From: Nannocystis bainbridge
GTDB taxonomy: Bacteria > Myxococcota_A > Polyangia > Nannocystales > Nannocystaceae
Length of the DNA: 64,000 nucleotides
Direction: 5' to 3'
Assembly (NCBI RefSeq): GCF_028368995.1
Contig: NZ_JAQNDL010000002.1
Span: 896,001 to 960,000 of the forward strand
In this document: one piece after another, positions 50,472 through 62,713 of the stretch
Layout: each line of letters begins with the position of its first letter
Numbering within the stretch: the first letter of the stretch is position 1
Program-made: the position numbers and the translations under genes
Notes under the pieces: generated by a model
What the model saw: the letters and a program-made list of their open reading frames with translations, nothing else
The model's database searches: none
Told to the model about the DNA's origin: nothing

Positions 50472-50510
50472 AATGGCTTCGAGGACATGTCCTGCAGGAC
50501 ATGTCCTCGA
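50472..50510. repeat. 14-bp array forming a perfect 32-bp palindrome
   Basis: tcgaggacatgtcctgcaggacatgtcctcga at 50479-50510; CATG at 50486 and 50500. Confidence 0.9.
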
Positions 50511-50574
50511 GTGCTTCGTGTCGACGGCTCGACCTGGCGCGCGCGTGTCGGCGCTCGCTCCGAGGCCTGCAGGA

Positions 50575-51207
50575 TCAGCCGGCGACCGGCAGGACCTTCT
50601 CGATCGCCGTCGTCACCTCGGGCGCCAGCGGATCGATCGGCGACTCGAAGCGGGCGACCACGCGGCCCGTCGGGTCGATCAGGAACTTGGTGAAGTTCCA
50701 CTTCACTTCGCCGCGGATCCCCTCGGGCGTCTCTTCGGTCAGTGTCTTGTAGATCGGCGCGATCTCGGGCCCCTTCGCGTGGACCTTGTTCATCATCGGG
50801 AAATCGATCGCGTACTTGCTGGCGACGAAGTCCTTGATCTGCGTGGCGTCGCCCGGCTCCTGGCCGCCGAAGTCGTTGGACGGGAAGCCGAGGACCACCA
50901 GGCCGCGATCCTTGTAGCGGCCGTACAGCTCCTGCAGCTTGGCGTACTGCGGCGTGAAGCCGCACTCCGAGGCGGTGTTGACGACCAGGATCGCCTTGCC
51001 GCGGAGCTCCGAGAATTTTTGCTGGCTGCCGTCGAGCGCCTCGACCGTATGGTCGATGACCGGGCTCTCGGCGGCCGGGCTCGGCTTGGCCTCGGCGGGG
51101 GCGGCGGGCGCGGCCTTGGCGACCTCGGCCTGGGCCGGCTTCGCGGGGGTGGAGGACGAGTCGCAGGCGGCGGCGACCAGGGCGAGGAGCGCGAGCGAGC
51201 GGAGCAT
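50575..51207 (-). CDS. gpx: Glutathione peroxidase family lipoprotein
   Basis: VNTASECGFTPQY, LGFPSNDFGGQEPG, WNFTKFLI; lipobox AAAC. Confidence 0.93.
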   Translation of the reverse strand: MLRSLALLALVAAACDSSSTPAKPAQAEVAKAAPAAPAEAKPSPAAESPVIDHTVEALDGSQQKFSELRGKAILVVNTASECGFTPQYAKLQELYGRYKDRGLVVLGFPSNDFGGQEPGDATQIKDFVASKYAIDFPMMNKVHAKGPEIAPIYKTLTEETPEGIRGEVKWNFTKFLIDPTGRVVARFESPIDPLAPEVTTAIEKVLPVAG

Positions 51208-51247
51208 GGGCGGCAGCATAGCGGAGGCGTGCGCTAAAGTGAGGGCC

Positions 51248-51850
51248 ATGGCAGCCGATCGTCACACGCTGGCGCGCGCGCTCGAGTTCGCTGCGGTCGC
51301 CCACGGCGAGCAGACGCGCAAGGGCACCACGATCCCGTACGTCAGCCACCTGTTGCAGGTCAGCGGGCTCGTCCTTGAGTGGGACGGCGATCTCGAGCAG
51401 GCGACCGCCGCGCTGCTGCACGACGTCGTCGAAGACACGCCGGTGAGCCTGCGCGAGGTCGTCGAAGCGTTCGGTCCGGGGGTCGGCGAGATCGTCGGCG
51501 ACTGCACCGACACCGGCGCCGACGAGACCCCGGGCAGCAAGCGGCCGTGGCTGCTGCGCAAGCGCGGCTACCTCGACAAGCTGCGCAGCGTCGGAGCGCG
51601 CAGCGCCCTCGTGATCGCCTGCGACAAGCTGCACAACACCTCGACGCTGCTCGTCGATCTCGAGCTCCACGGGCTGGAGACGCTGGGCCGCTTCAACGCG
51701 CCGGCGCCGAAGCAGCTGTGGTACTTCCGCTCGGTCGCCGCGGCCCTGCGCGGGCGCGTGCCCGACGGGCTGCAGGCGCTGCTGGCCGAGCACGCCGAGC
51801 GGTTCGCGGCGCTGACCGGCGCGGTCGAGTGGCGCGAGGACGCGGGCTAG
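51248..51850 (+). CDS. HD-domain hydrolase (Mesh1/SpoT-hydrolase-like)
   Basis: AHGEQTRKGTTIPYVSH, ALLHDVVEDT, CDKLHN. Confidence 0.88.
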   Translation: MAADRHTLARALEFAAVAHGEQTRKGTTIPYVSHLLQVSGLVLEWDGDLEQATAALLHDVVEDTPVSLREVVEAFGPGVGEIVGDCTDTGADETPGSKRPWLLRKRGYLDKLRSVGARSALVIACDKLHNTSTLLVDLELHGLETLGRFNAPAPKQLWYFRSVAAALRGRVPDGLQALLAEHAERFAALTGAVEWREDAG

Positions 51851-51852
51851 CG

Positions 51853-51940
51853 CCTGTCGCAGAGGACATGCTCGGACGAGCATGTCGCCGGGGGCATGTC
51901 GCTTCGGGCATGTCGTTTCGGGCATGTCTCGAGAGACATA
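51853..51940. repeat. 14-bp periodic array (7 junctions) between convergent genes
   Basis: CCTG 51853; CATG 51867, 51881, 51895, 51909, 51923; CATA 51937. Confidence 0.92.
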
Positions 51941-51984
51941 CAAGGCCGGCCGTTCAGGCGGGCCCCCGAAGCCCGCGAGGCGGG

Positions 51985-52809
51985 TCAGCGCTGGAACGCC
52001 AGCGCCGGCGCGCCGCCGAGCTCGAGCTGCAGGTGCCCGAGCAGGCGCAAGGTGAACAGCAGGGCCAGCAGCTCGTGCTCGTCGACCTCGAAGTCGTCGA
52101 GCAGCTCGGCGAGGGTGCGCGAGCCGTCGAGGCGCGCCAGCCAGGCCGACTCGCTCGGCTCGAGCATGAGGGTCGCGGTCAGCTCGGCGCGGCCGTCGTC
52201 GGTGCGGTGCTCGTAGGCGAGGCGCGGCAGCTGGTGGTGGTCGCCGATGGCGTCCCACAGGCGGCGCAGGGGGATCCGGTGGCGGGCCGCGCTCATGAGG
52301 ATGGCGGCGAGCGAGCGGTCCAGGACGACGCGGTCGGTGCACGGCCCGGGCTCGAACTGCCAGCTGCCCTCGTTCCACGAGAACATCGATTCGACCATGC
52401 GCAGGATCTGCTCGCCGAGCGCCTCGTTGAGCTCGCGCTCGCGGATGAGGCCGTTCTCGAGCAGGACCTCGCCGATCCGCTTGCCGCTGGTGCGCGCGAG
52501 CAGGTCCTGGGCCTGATCGAACTGCGCCCGCGTCAGCAGTCCGCGGACCAGCAGGCGATCGGTGAGGCGATCGCCGGCCTCGTTGCTGCGGGCGAACACC
52601 GGCGCGCCGGCGGCCAGCCACAGCGTCTTCTCGAGCGCGCCCTTGCGCAGGCGCAGGCACCCGCTGCGACCCTCGCTGTGGAACTGCCACAGCAGCTCGG
52701 GCAGAGGGAAGTCGCGCAGGCGGCCACCCTCGGGCCGGGCCTCGCCGCCCGGAGCGGACGCTCCTGCAGGGGAAGCAGACTCTGCGCGGCTCGGATCTTG
52801 GGTATCCAT
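51985..52809 (-). CDS. DUF4388 (PatA_N-like) domain protein
   Basis: GRLRDFPLPELL...SGCLRL, RIGEVLLENG, FSWNEGSWQF. Confidence 0.8.
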   Translation of the reverse strand: MDTQDPSRAESASPAGASAPGGEARPEGGRLRDFPLPELLWQFHSEGRSGCLRLRKGALEKTLWLAAGAPVFARSNEAGDRLTDRLLVRGLLTRAQFDQAQDLLARTSGKRIGEVLLENGLIRERELNEALGEQILRMVESMFSWNEGSWQFEPGPCTDRVVLDRSLAAILMSAARHRIPLRRLWDAIGDHHQLPRLAYEHRTDDGRAELTATLMLEPSESAWLARLDGSRTLAELLDDFEVDEHELLALLFTLRLLGHLQLELGGAPALAFQR

Positions 52810-52993
52810 GGGGCGGCTTCGTCCGTCTGCGCCGGCGGCGCGTACTCGACAAGATAGACCACAGCCGGCCGACCAGGGCGGCGGGGTCGCCGAGCTTCAC
52901 GGGGCAGGCGCGTGGATTGCCGCGTGTGGGCCCGCACGTGAGGCAGTGCGGGGTCCGCGAAGTCCGAGCCGGGGGCGGCGGGATAGAAGCGAG

Positions 52994-53039
52994 CCTGTCT
53001 GAAAGAACAGGTCTCATGCGCTATGTCCGAAGAGACACC
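52994..53039. repeat. 14-bp periodic array in a divergent intergenic region
   Basis: CCTG 52994, CAGG 53008, TATG 53022, CACC 53036. Confidence 0.7.
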
Positions 53040-53129
53040 TGGTTCGTCGGCGCGCGCGGCGGCGGCCCGGCCCGGGCGCCGGACGGGCGCCCTTGCTGGG
53101 CCGCGCGTGGCCGCGATAAAACGCCGGCC

Positions 53130-54869
53130 ATGAGGCTCGCCCCGCTCGCCGCGCTCGCGCTGTCCGTCACCGCTTGCCCGAAACCGGGGGCCGAGCCCGC
53201 CAGCGAGGCGAAGCCAGGACCCGCGCCGGTGGCGGTCCAGACGCCGCAGAGCGCGGCCGGGAGCATCACGCCCGGGGCGACGCGCGTGACGGAGTGCCCG
53301 CGCTCGCTCGGGGGCGCCGAGGCGCAGATCGATCGGGTGATCTCGAAGGACTGCGGGCCGGTCACGGTGGTCGAGGATTACCGCGTCGACAACGGCTCGC
53401 TCACGCTCGAGGCCGGGGCGACGCTGCAGTTCAAGGACGGCGCGGCGCTGATCGTCGGCGCGTCGGAGCCGGCGAAGCTGCTGGTCGCGGGCACGCCGAC
53501 GGAGCCGGTCACGCTGACTTCGGCCAGCGACAAGGCGGCGGGCGCGTGGCGAGGCGTGGAGCTCGGCGACAAGGCGGCGCGCTCGCAGATCCAGGGCGCG
53601 GTGATCGAGTTCGCCGGCACGGAGGAGCGGGCGCTGTGGATCGCGGCCGCCGAGGTGACGCTCGAGGGCACGACGATCCGCGAGGCCCGCGGTCCGGCGA
53701 TCCGGCTCGAGGGCGCGGGCAGCCTGGCGTCGTTCACCGGCAACACGCTGCGCAAGCTCGGCTCGAAGGCGGCGATCGTGGCCCCGGCGACGGCGGTGAT
53801 CGGGATCGCCGGCGGCAACCGCTTCGACGGCGAGGCGGTGGTGCAGGTGCTGGGCGGTGACATCGGCGCGCCGACCACGTGGCCCAACCCGGGCGTGCCG
53901 CTGCGGCTCAACGAGGAGGTGCGGGTGGGTGGCGCCGGGCCCGAGCGCGCGGTGCTCAACCTGTCCCCGGGGACAGAGCTGCGGTTCGGGCCGGAGGGTC
54001 GGCTGTCGATCGGCAGCAGCGCCGACGGCGGCCTGGTGGCCCGCGGCACCAGCGAGGCGCCGATCACGTTCACGGCCGGCGATCGGCGTCAGGCCGGTGG
54101 GTGGGGCGGGCTGCAGATCTGGGCCCGCGGCGAGGCGGACCTCGAGCACGCGGCCTTCGAATTCGGCGGCGGCGGCGACGAGGGCACCGCCGCGCTGATG
54201 GTCGAGGACGGGGCGCTGTCGCTGCGCGAGACGACGTTTCGCAGCAACCGCGCGGGCGTGGCGATCCGCGGCAAGGCGACGCTGCGCGCGCTGGCCGACA
54301 ACCGCTTCGCGGCCACCAAGCGGGCGCTCGAGCTGCCGGCCGACCTGGTCGGGGCGCTCGGCGAGGGCAACGCGTTCGACAGCGACGGGCGCATCGTGGT
54401 GGTCCCGGGCGCGGTCACCAGCAAGGCGACGTGGGCGGCTCACGGCGCGCCGCTCGAGCTGAGCGGCGAGGTGCTGGTCGGCGCCGAGCTGACCCTCGAG
54501 GCAGGTCTGCGCGTGCTCGCCGGACCCGAGGCCGCGCTGATCGTCGGCAGCGACGCGCCGGCGGCCCTGCTGGCCCACGGGACCGCGGAGGCGCCGATCC
54601 AGCTGGCGGCGAGCGCCGGGGTGTGGCGCGGCATCAAGCTGCACGGCAAGACGCTGGCGAGCACGCTGCAGCACGTCGAGCTGTCGCAGACGGGGGCAGA
54701 GCCGGCGGTGTGGGTCGAGGCGCCGACCGAGGTGCGCCTCGACAACGTCACCTGCGCGAAGTGCAAGGCGGCGGTGGTCGGCTGGCAGTGCGGCGCCTCG
54801 GTGTCGCAGTCGGCGGTGCTGGCGACCGACGGCACGCCGGCGATCGACGCGCCGCCGCAGGGCTGCTGA
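53130..54869 (+). CDS. Lipoprotein with three internal beta-helix-like repeats
   Basis: Lipobox VTAC; repeated LTLEAG...F...L.VG...L.A.GT.EAPI.FT...W.G. Confidence 0.78.
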   Translation: MRLAPLAALALSVTACPKPGAEPASEAKPGPAPVAVQTPQSAAGSITPGATRVTECPRSLGGAEAQIDRVISKDCGPVTVVEDYRVDNGSLTLEAGATLQFKDGAALIVGASEPAKLLVAGTPTEPVTLTSASDKAAGAWRGVELGDKAARSQIQGAVIEFAGTEERALWIAAAEVTLEGTTIREARGPAIRLEGAGSLASFTGNTLRKLGSKAAIVAPATAVIGIAGGNRFDGEAVVQVLGGDIGAPTTWPNPGVPLRLNEEVRVGGAGPERAVLNLSPGTELRFGPEGRLSIGSSADGGLVARGTSEAPITFTAGDRRQAGGWGGLQIWARGEADLEHAAFEFGGGGDEGTAALMVEDGALSLRETTFRSNRAGVAIRGKATLRALADNRFAATKRALELPADLVGALGEGNAFDSDGRIVVVPGAVTSKATWAAHGAPLELSGEVLVGAELTLEAGLRVLAGPEAALIVGSDAPAALLAHGTAEAPIQLAASAGVWRGIKLHGKTLASTLQHVELSQTGAEPAVWVEAPTEVRLDNVTCAKCKAAVVGWQCGASVSQSAVLATDGTPAIDAPPQGC

Positions 54870-54976
54870 CGGGGCAGGGGAGGCGCGTCGGCCCTGAGGT
54901 CGCGTCGGGCGGTATCACCGGTCACGGGCAGCGACGGCGACGACGCGCCTGCGGTCCCGTGTGGTCGCGCGAGTGA

Positions 54977-55026
54977 GATGGCCGAAGCGACATGTCTTCA
55001 TGCACATGTCCGACCAGTCATGTTCT
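54977..55026. repeat. 14-bp periodic array between convergent genes
   Basis: GATG 54977; CATG 54991, 55005, 55019. Confidence 0.85.
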
Positions 55027-55073
55027 AGCGGCGCTGGATCGCGGGCGGACCGGGCGGGCCCGGCCGGCGCGGA

Positions 55074-55496
55074 TCACAGCAGGCCGAACTTCTCGGGCTG
55101 GACTTCGCGCAGCACGTCGCGGATGCGCGACTGCAGCAGGTCGTCCTCGTACGGCTTCATCACGTAGCCGTGGGCGCCGTTGCGCAGGCCCCAGTAGCGG
55201 TCGCTCTCGCGGGCCATCGTCGTGACGAACACGAACGGCGGCACCTGGCCCGCAGGCAAGGTCGCGCGCAGGCGGCGGAGGATCGACAGGCCGCTCAGGC
55301 CCTCGAGCAGCACCTCGCTCAGCACCAGATGGGGCTTGCGCTGCTCGATGAGCGCCAGCGCGACCTGGCCGTCGCTGGCGGCGTGGACCTCGAGCGACAG
55401 CCCCAGCTCCTCCGCGGGCACGCGCAGCAGCTCCTGCACGCGGGCCCGCTCGCGCGGGTCGGGGTCGGCGACGACGACGTGGCGCGGCTCGCTCAT
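55074..55496 (-). CDS. Single-domain response regulator (PilH-like, atypical)
   Basis: Receiver fold; DRYWGLRNGAHGYVMKP; the phosphoacceptor position reads E (VLSEVLL). Confidence 0.82.
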   Translation of the reverse strand: MSEPRHVVVADPDPRERARVQELLRVPAEELGLSLEVHAASDGQVALALIEQRKPHLVLSEVLLEGLSGLSILRRLRATLPAGQVPPFVFVTTMARESDRYWGLRNGAHGYVMKPYEDDLLQSRIRDVLREVQPEKFGLL

Positions 55497-55503
55497 GTTC
55501 GCC

Positions 55504-56820
55504 TCAGACCGGCACGGGCATCACCCGCTTGCGCACCAGGTTGGCCTTGGCATGGCGGTAAAGCACGCGGGCGACCGCGTAGGTGCCCGTACGGGTCTTG
55601 CGCGCGATCTCCTTGACGCTGTTGCGGCCGTTGACCAGCTCGAGCACCGCCAGCTCGTCGCGCGGCAGCGCCTCGCGGCTCAGCTTGGCCACCTGCTCGT
55701 CGATGCGGAGGTACACGTCGTCGACGTCGGGGATGTGCGGGCCCATGAGCGCCTGCTCGTCGATCAAGCGCAGGCCGTCGAGCAGCGCGTCGGCGATGGT
55801 CAGCTCGGCCCGGCCCTGGGCGGCGGCGGCGGTGGCCATCGGGTCGAGCTCGACCGTCGGGGTGAACGTGAAAGTGCCCTGCTTCCACGCCAGCAGGTGG
55901 GAGATCAGCGCGCGGGCCTGGTCGACCAGGATCTGCGCCAGCTCGGCGGGGCTGAGGAACCCGCCCTCGACCAGGCGCGAGCCGAGCGGCCGCTGCTCCG
56001 GGTCCTTGCCGACGATGAACGCCTCGAGCTGCTCGTCGCGCATGAATCCGCCCTCGACGACGAAGCGGCCGAGCTTGAGGTCTTCCTCGGTGCCCTTGAC
56101 CTCGGCCAGGCGGATCCGGCCGGCGTCGAGGTGCAGCTTGCCCCACGACGAGCCTTGCTCGACCTTCAGCACCCCGCGCACGCCGGAGTTGCCGAGCATC
56201 TCGAGCACGGCCTCGAGGCGGACCCCGCCGAGCGAGCCGCGGATCGCCGGCTTGTCGGCCTGGACCGCGAACTCTTCGTCGGAGCGCAGCGCCTTGACGA
56301 AGTGGTCGACGTCGGCGTCACTGAACTCCTGGCCAGGAAAGTGGTCGCCCAGCAGGTGCTTGAGCCGGGTCACGGCCGGGTCCTGCGGGGTCACGGCCGG
56401 CGCCTTGGACGCCGCGGGGACGTGGCCTTCGAGCGCCTCCTCGACGATCTTGATCAGCGCCGGGGTGCTGAACGGCCGCCGGAGGGCGGGCAGGTCCTCG
56501 GCGCCCGGGATCGGGTTGGGGTTCGAGCGGCTGACGAGCAGGATCCCCGGGAGCTGCGCACCGCCGGGGATCTGGACCAGCGCCCGGAGCACGCCGCCCG
56601 AGGCGGCGGGGTCGGCGGCGGCGTCGAGCAGGAGGGCCATGATCGCCCGATCCCCGGCCGGACCGTGCCGCTTGCACAGTTCGACCGCGTCCTGCTGCGT
56701 GTGCGCGTTGAACACCTGGTAGCCGGCCAGCCGCAGGCCCGCCGTCGCCAGCTTGGCCGTGGTCGTATTCGGGTCGTAGTACAGAATCCCGGGCTGGGAC
56801 GGGCCGGACGGGGCTGGCAT
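55504..56820 (-). CDS. Receiver-like plus DUF4388 domain protein
   Basis: N-terminal degenerate receiver, IRGSLGGVRLEAVLEML...GVLKV, LAWKQGTFTF, C-terminal wHTH-like segment. Confidence 0.78.
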   Translation of the reverse strand: MPAPSGPSQPGILYYDPNTTTAKLATAGLRLAGYQVFNAHTQQDAVELCKRHGPAGDRAIMALLLDAAADPAASGGVLRALVQIPGGAQLPGILLVSRSNPNPIPGAEDLPALRRPFSTPALIKIVEEALEGHVPAASKAPAVTPQDPAVTRLKHLLGDHFPGQEFSDADVDHFVKALRSDEEFAVQADKPAIRGSLGGVRLEAVLEMLGNSGVRGVLKVEQGSSWGKLHLDAGRIRLAEVKGTEEDLKLGRFVVEGGFMRDEQLEAFIVGKDPEQRPLGSRLVEGGFLSPAELAQILVDQARALISHLLAWKQGTFTFTPTVELDPMATAAAAQGRAELTIADALLDGLRLIDEQALMGPHIPDVDDVYLRIDEQVAKLSREALPRDELAVLELVNGRNSVKEIARKTRTGTYAVARVLYRHAKANLVRKRVMPVPV

Positions 56821-56876
56821 GGATGCGGCAAAGGATACTCGGAAACCGCCGAGTCGTGGTAGCGTTTGGCACACAC

Positions 56877-59723
<2,847 letters not shown>

Positions 59724-59904
59724 CGCGCAAGTTCGGGCCTGCGTGATCGCGCCGGGATCAAGGCGCGAACGCGCGCTGGCCGGAGCCTCTCAGAAGTGGA
59801 CGCGCGGGGAGATGTGGGGCCATAATTGGCGTGCCCTTGTCAGGCCGGGCCAGGTGATGTCACCTTAGCCCGCCGCTCCGGCCCCTTTGGGTCCCCCCGC
59901 GCTC

Positions 59905-60822
59905 ATGTACGCCTCGATCCTGGTCGCCTTCTCGCTCGTCCTCTCGCCTGCGCCTGGGGTCTGCCGTAGCGCGCCGCCGCAGCCGGCACAAGCCGAACGC
60001 GTGTTGCTGCCGCCGGCCTCGCGCGGCGTGCCCACGCCGCCCGCAGCCAAGCGCGAGCGCCTGGCCGCGTCGGCCTCGGTCGCCATCGACACCGCAGCCG
60101 CCGGCGAAGAGGGTCAGCTGATGAACCCGCGGATCCAGGCCCGGGTGGTCGACGCCATGCGGGCGTTCAACATCACCGAGGGCAAGGACGCCGGCCTGCC
60201 GAAGGTCGCGATCAAGGTCAGCGAGCTCGGAGGCGACGCGATCGGGTGGAGCTACACCATCGACGTCCGCCACGGCAGCGACCAGGCCATCTCGGGCGGC
60301 AGCCTGCGCGGCGAGTGTGTCGACTGCATCGAGAAGGAGCTGGTCGAGAAGGTCGGCACCGACGCTCGCCTCGCGCTGCAGCAGCTCCGCGTCTACATCG
60401 ACGAGTACAACGCCAAGGTCGACGCCGACAACAAGCAGGCCGAGTCCTCCGCGACGACGACCACCGGCGACGCCGCGGCGACGCCGGGCGGGCCCACGGT
60501 CGACGCCGGTCCGGGCGGCGAAGCGGCGATGCATCCGCTGTGCAAGGCCGGCATCGGCCTCATGGCCGCTGGCGTGGTCGGCATCGGTGTCGGCATCGGC
60601 CTCGCGCTGGTGCCCGATCGACAGATCGATCCGAACATCGGCTACGAGCTTCGCAGCACCACGCTTCCTGGGTACGTGACGCTCGGAATCGGCGGCGCGG
60701 CGGCGCTCGCCGGCGTGGCTCTGTTCGTCGTCGGTCACCGCAAGGCCCGCGCGTCGCAGACCGCGCTCGTACCCAGCTTCGGCGCGGGCATGGTCGGGCT
60801 GCAGTGGTCCGGCCGCTTCTGA
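59905..60822 (+). CDS. Hypothetical exported protein with C-terminal Gly-rich hydrophobic hairpin
   Basis: Signal peptide; GIGLMAAGVVGIGVGIGL...GIGGAAALAGVALF; ends WSGRF. Confidence 0.7.
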   Translation: MYASILVAFSLVLSPAPGVCRSAPPQPAQAERVLLPPASRGVPTPPAAKRERLAASASVAIDTAAAGEEGQLMNPRIQARVVDAMRAFNITEGKDAGLPKVAIKVSELGGDAIGWSYTIDVRHGSDQAISGGSLRGECVDCIEKELVEKVGTDARLALQQLRVYIDEYNAKVDADNKQAESSATTTTGDAAATPGGPTVDAGPGGEAAMHPLCKAGIGLMAAGVVGIGVGIGLALVPDRQIDPNIGYELRSTTLPGYVTLGIGGAAALAGVALFVVGHRKARASQTALVPSFGAGMVGLQWSGRF

Positions 60823-60852
60823 TATCTTGTGGGGTCGAGGTTCGAGGTACTT

Positions 60853-62547
60853 ATGTCGGAGCTTGGTTTGCGTGGTCTCGGGGTGCGAACGCTGTCCATG
60901 ATGCTCGGCGCGGGCGCGCTGATCGGATTCGCGGGCGGCTGCTTCATCACCAACACCGCCCACTGCGGCTACCACGAGAACGGGGCCGAAAACCCGTGTC
61001 CCGTGGGCTTCGTGTGCAGCGCGTGCGCGTCGGCCAACAACGGCTGCGTGCCCGTGAGCGAGGCCGACGCGATCGAGCCGAGCTGTCGTGAAGGCGGCGG
61101 CACCACGGGGCCGACCACCGAGTCCAGCACGGCCGACCCGACGGTGGGTCCGACCTCGATGCCGACGACCACGGAGACCTCGACGACCGACGATACGACG
61201 ATCGGCGTGACGACGATGGGCCCGACGTCGACCACCGACTCGACGACCACGCAGACGACCGAGACCAGCACCACCGAGGCGCCGTCGACCACGATCGAGA
61301 CGATGTGCGACCCGGGCAACCTCAACGACCCGAACTGCGGCGAGCAGTACTGCGTGGCCCAGAATCAGTGCGGCTGGTGCACGTCGCTGCCGGAGGACAA
61401 GACCTGCAACGACGTGAACACCGCCACGCCGGCGTGCGACGAGGCCTCGGGCCTGTGCGTCGAGTGCACGGAGCAGGAGGCGCAGCTGTGCACCGGCGCC
61501 ACGCCGACCTGCGATCCGGAGACGCATGAGTGCGTCCCGTGCACCGAGCACTCGCAGTGCGGCAGCACGGCCTGCGACATCTTCGAGGGCAGCTGCTTCC
61601 CCGAGCAGTCGGTGTTCTTCGTCAAGGGCGGCAAGGTCGACTGTCAGGCCAAGACCGGCCTGACGGCGGACAGCCCGTTCTGCAAGTTGACCGATGTCCC
61701 GCTCGACGCGGCCAAGACGACGGTCCGGCTGCTCGCCAGCAACGACGCTCCCGGCGGGCTGTCCGTCCCCGCCGGCAAGGTCGTGGCCATCGTCAAGCAC
61801 AACGCGGGCATCCCCGAGATCAACGGCGCCAACATCCTGGGCCCGTCTCTGCAGGTCAGCGGCGCCGGGGCGCGGCTCTACATCTCGGGCGTCAAGCTCC
61901 GCTTCGCCCAGGGCGCGCTCGTCAAGTGCACCGGCGCCCGGCTCTACGCCCACGACTCGTGGTGGGACGGCAACAACCTCAACGCCGCGCGCGGCATCGA
62001 GGGTTCGAGCTGCGACGTGTCGATCCACCGCTCGCGGATCGTGCGCTGCGGCGCGGCGATGCAGCTCACCGCCGGTTCGCTGTGGATGGAGAACAGCTTC
62101 GTCATGGAGAACGGCGCCAACACTGCGGCGCACACCGCGTTCAACTTCGTCAACGCGGTGCAGGGCACGATCACGTACTCGACCATCGCCCGCAACCGGG
62201 TGATCGGCGGGCTGTCGGCCTTCAAGTGCGGCGGCAACCCGTCGACGATCACCGTGCGCAACTCGGCGGTCATCGGCGTCAATCCGATCACCGACTGCGG
62301 CGCCGCCCTGTCGTTCGTGAACGGTCGCGTCGAGGAGACCGCGGACGAGACCGCGGCCAACATCGTCATGAACCAGTGGTTCAACCCTGGCCTCGAGGAC
62401 GTGTACACGCCGCGCAAGAGCGACAACATGGACCCGCTCGAGGACATGGCGGTCTGGCAGGAAGGCGATCCGCGGCGGGACTTCAGCAACGAGGCGGTGA
62501 TCCCCACGGAGGATCCCAGCTTTGCCGGAGCCAGGCAGCCGCTCTGA
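60853..62547 (+). CDS. Cys-rich lipoprotein with Thr-rich stalk and beta-helix-like C-terminal domain
   Basis: Lipobox AGGC; Thr-rich linker; CxxC repeats (TPACDEASGLCVEC, CTEHSQC). Confidence 0.8.
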   Translation: MSELGLRGLGVRTLSMMLGAGALIGFAGGCFITNTAHCGYHENGAENPCPVGFVCSACASANNGCVPVSEADAIEPSCREGGGTTGPTTESSTADPTVGPTSMPTTTETSTTDDTTIGVTTMGPTSTTDSTTTQTTETSTTEAPSTTIETMCDPGNLNDPNCGEQYCVAQNQCGWCTSLPEDKTCNDVNTATPACDEASGLCVECTEQEAQLCTGATPTCDPETHECVPCTEHSQCGSTACDIFEGSCFPEQSVFFVKGGKVDCQAKTGLTADSPFCKLTDVPLDAAKTTVRLLASNDAPGGLSVPAGKVVAIVKHNAGIPEINGANILGPSLQVSGAGARLYISGVKLRFAQGALVKCTGARLYAHDSWWDGNNLNAARGIEGSSCDVSIHRSRIVRCGAAMQLTAGSLWMENSFVMENGANTAAHTAFNFVNAVQGTITYSTIARNRVIGGLSAFKCGGNPSTITVRNSAVIGVNPITDCGAALSFVNGRVEETADETAANIVMNQWFNPGLEDVYTPRKSDNMDPLEDMAVWQEGDPRRDFSNEAVIPTEDPSFAGARQPL

Positions 62548-62713
62548 AGGTAGGCGCAGGGGCGCACAGGGTTTTGCGCCCGGCGCTGCGCCCGGGGCCC
62601 TCGTAGGGCCCTGATTGTTCGTTCAGCGGTGTGCTGTGGAGACGTGGTTCCGGCGGCTCGCCTGGCGGGGGCGGTTGTCCGGCGCGGGAGGGTGAGCGAT
62701 AATCGAACTTGCC

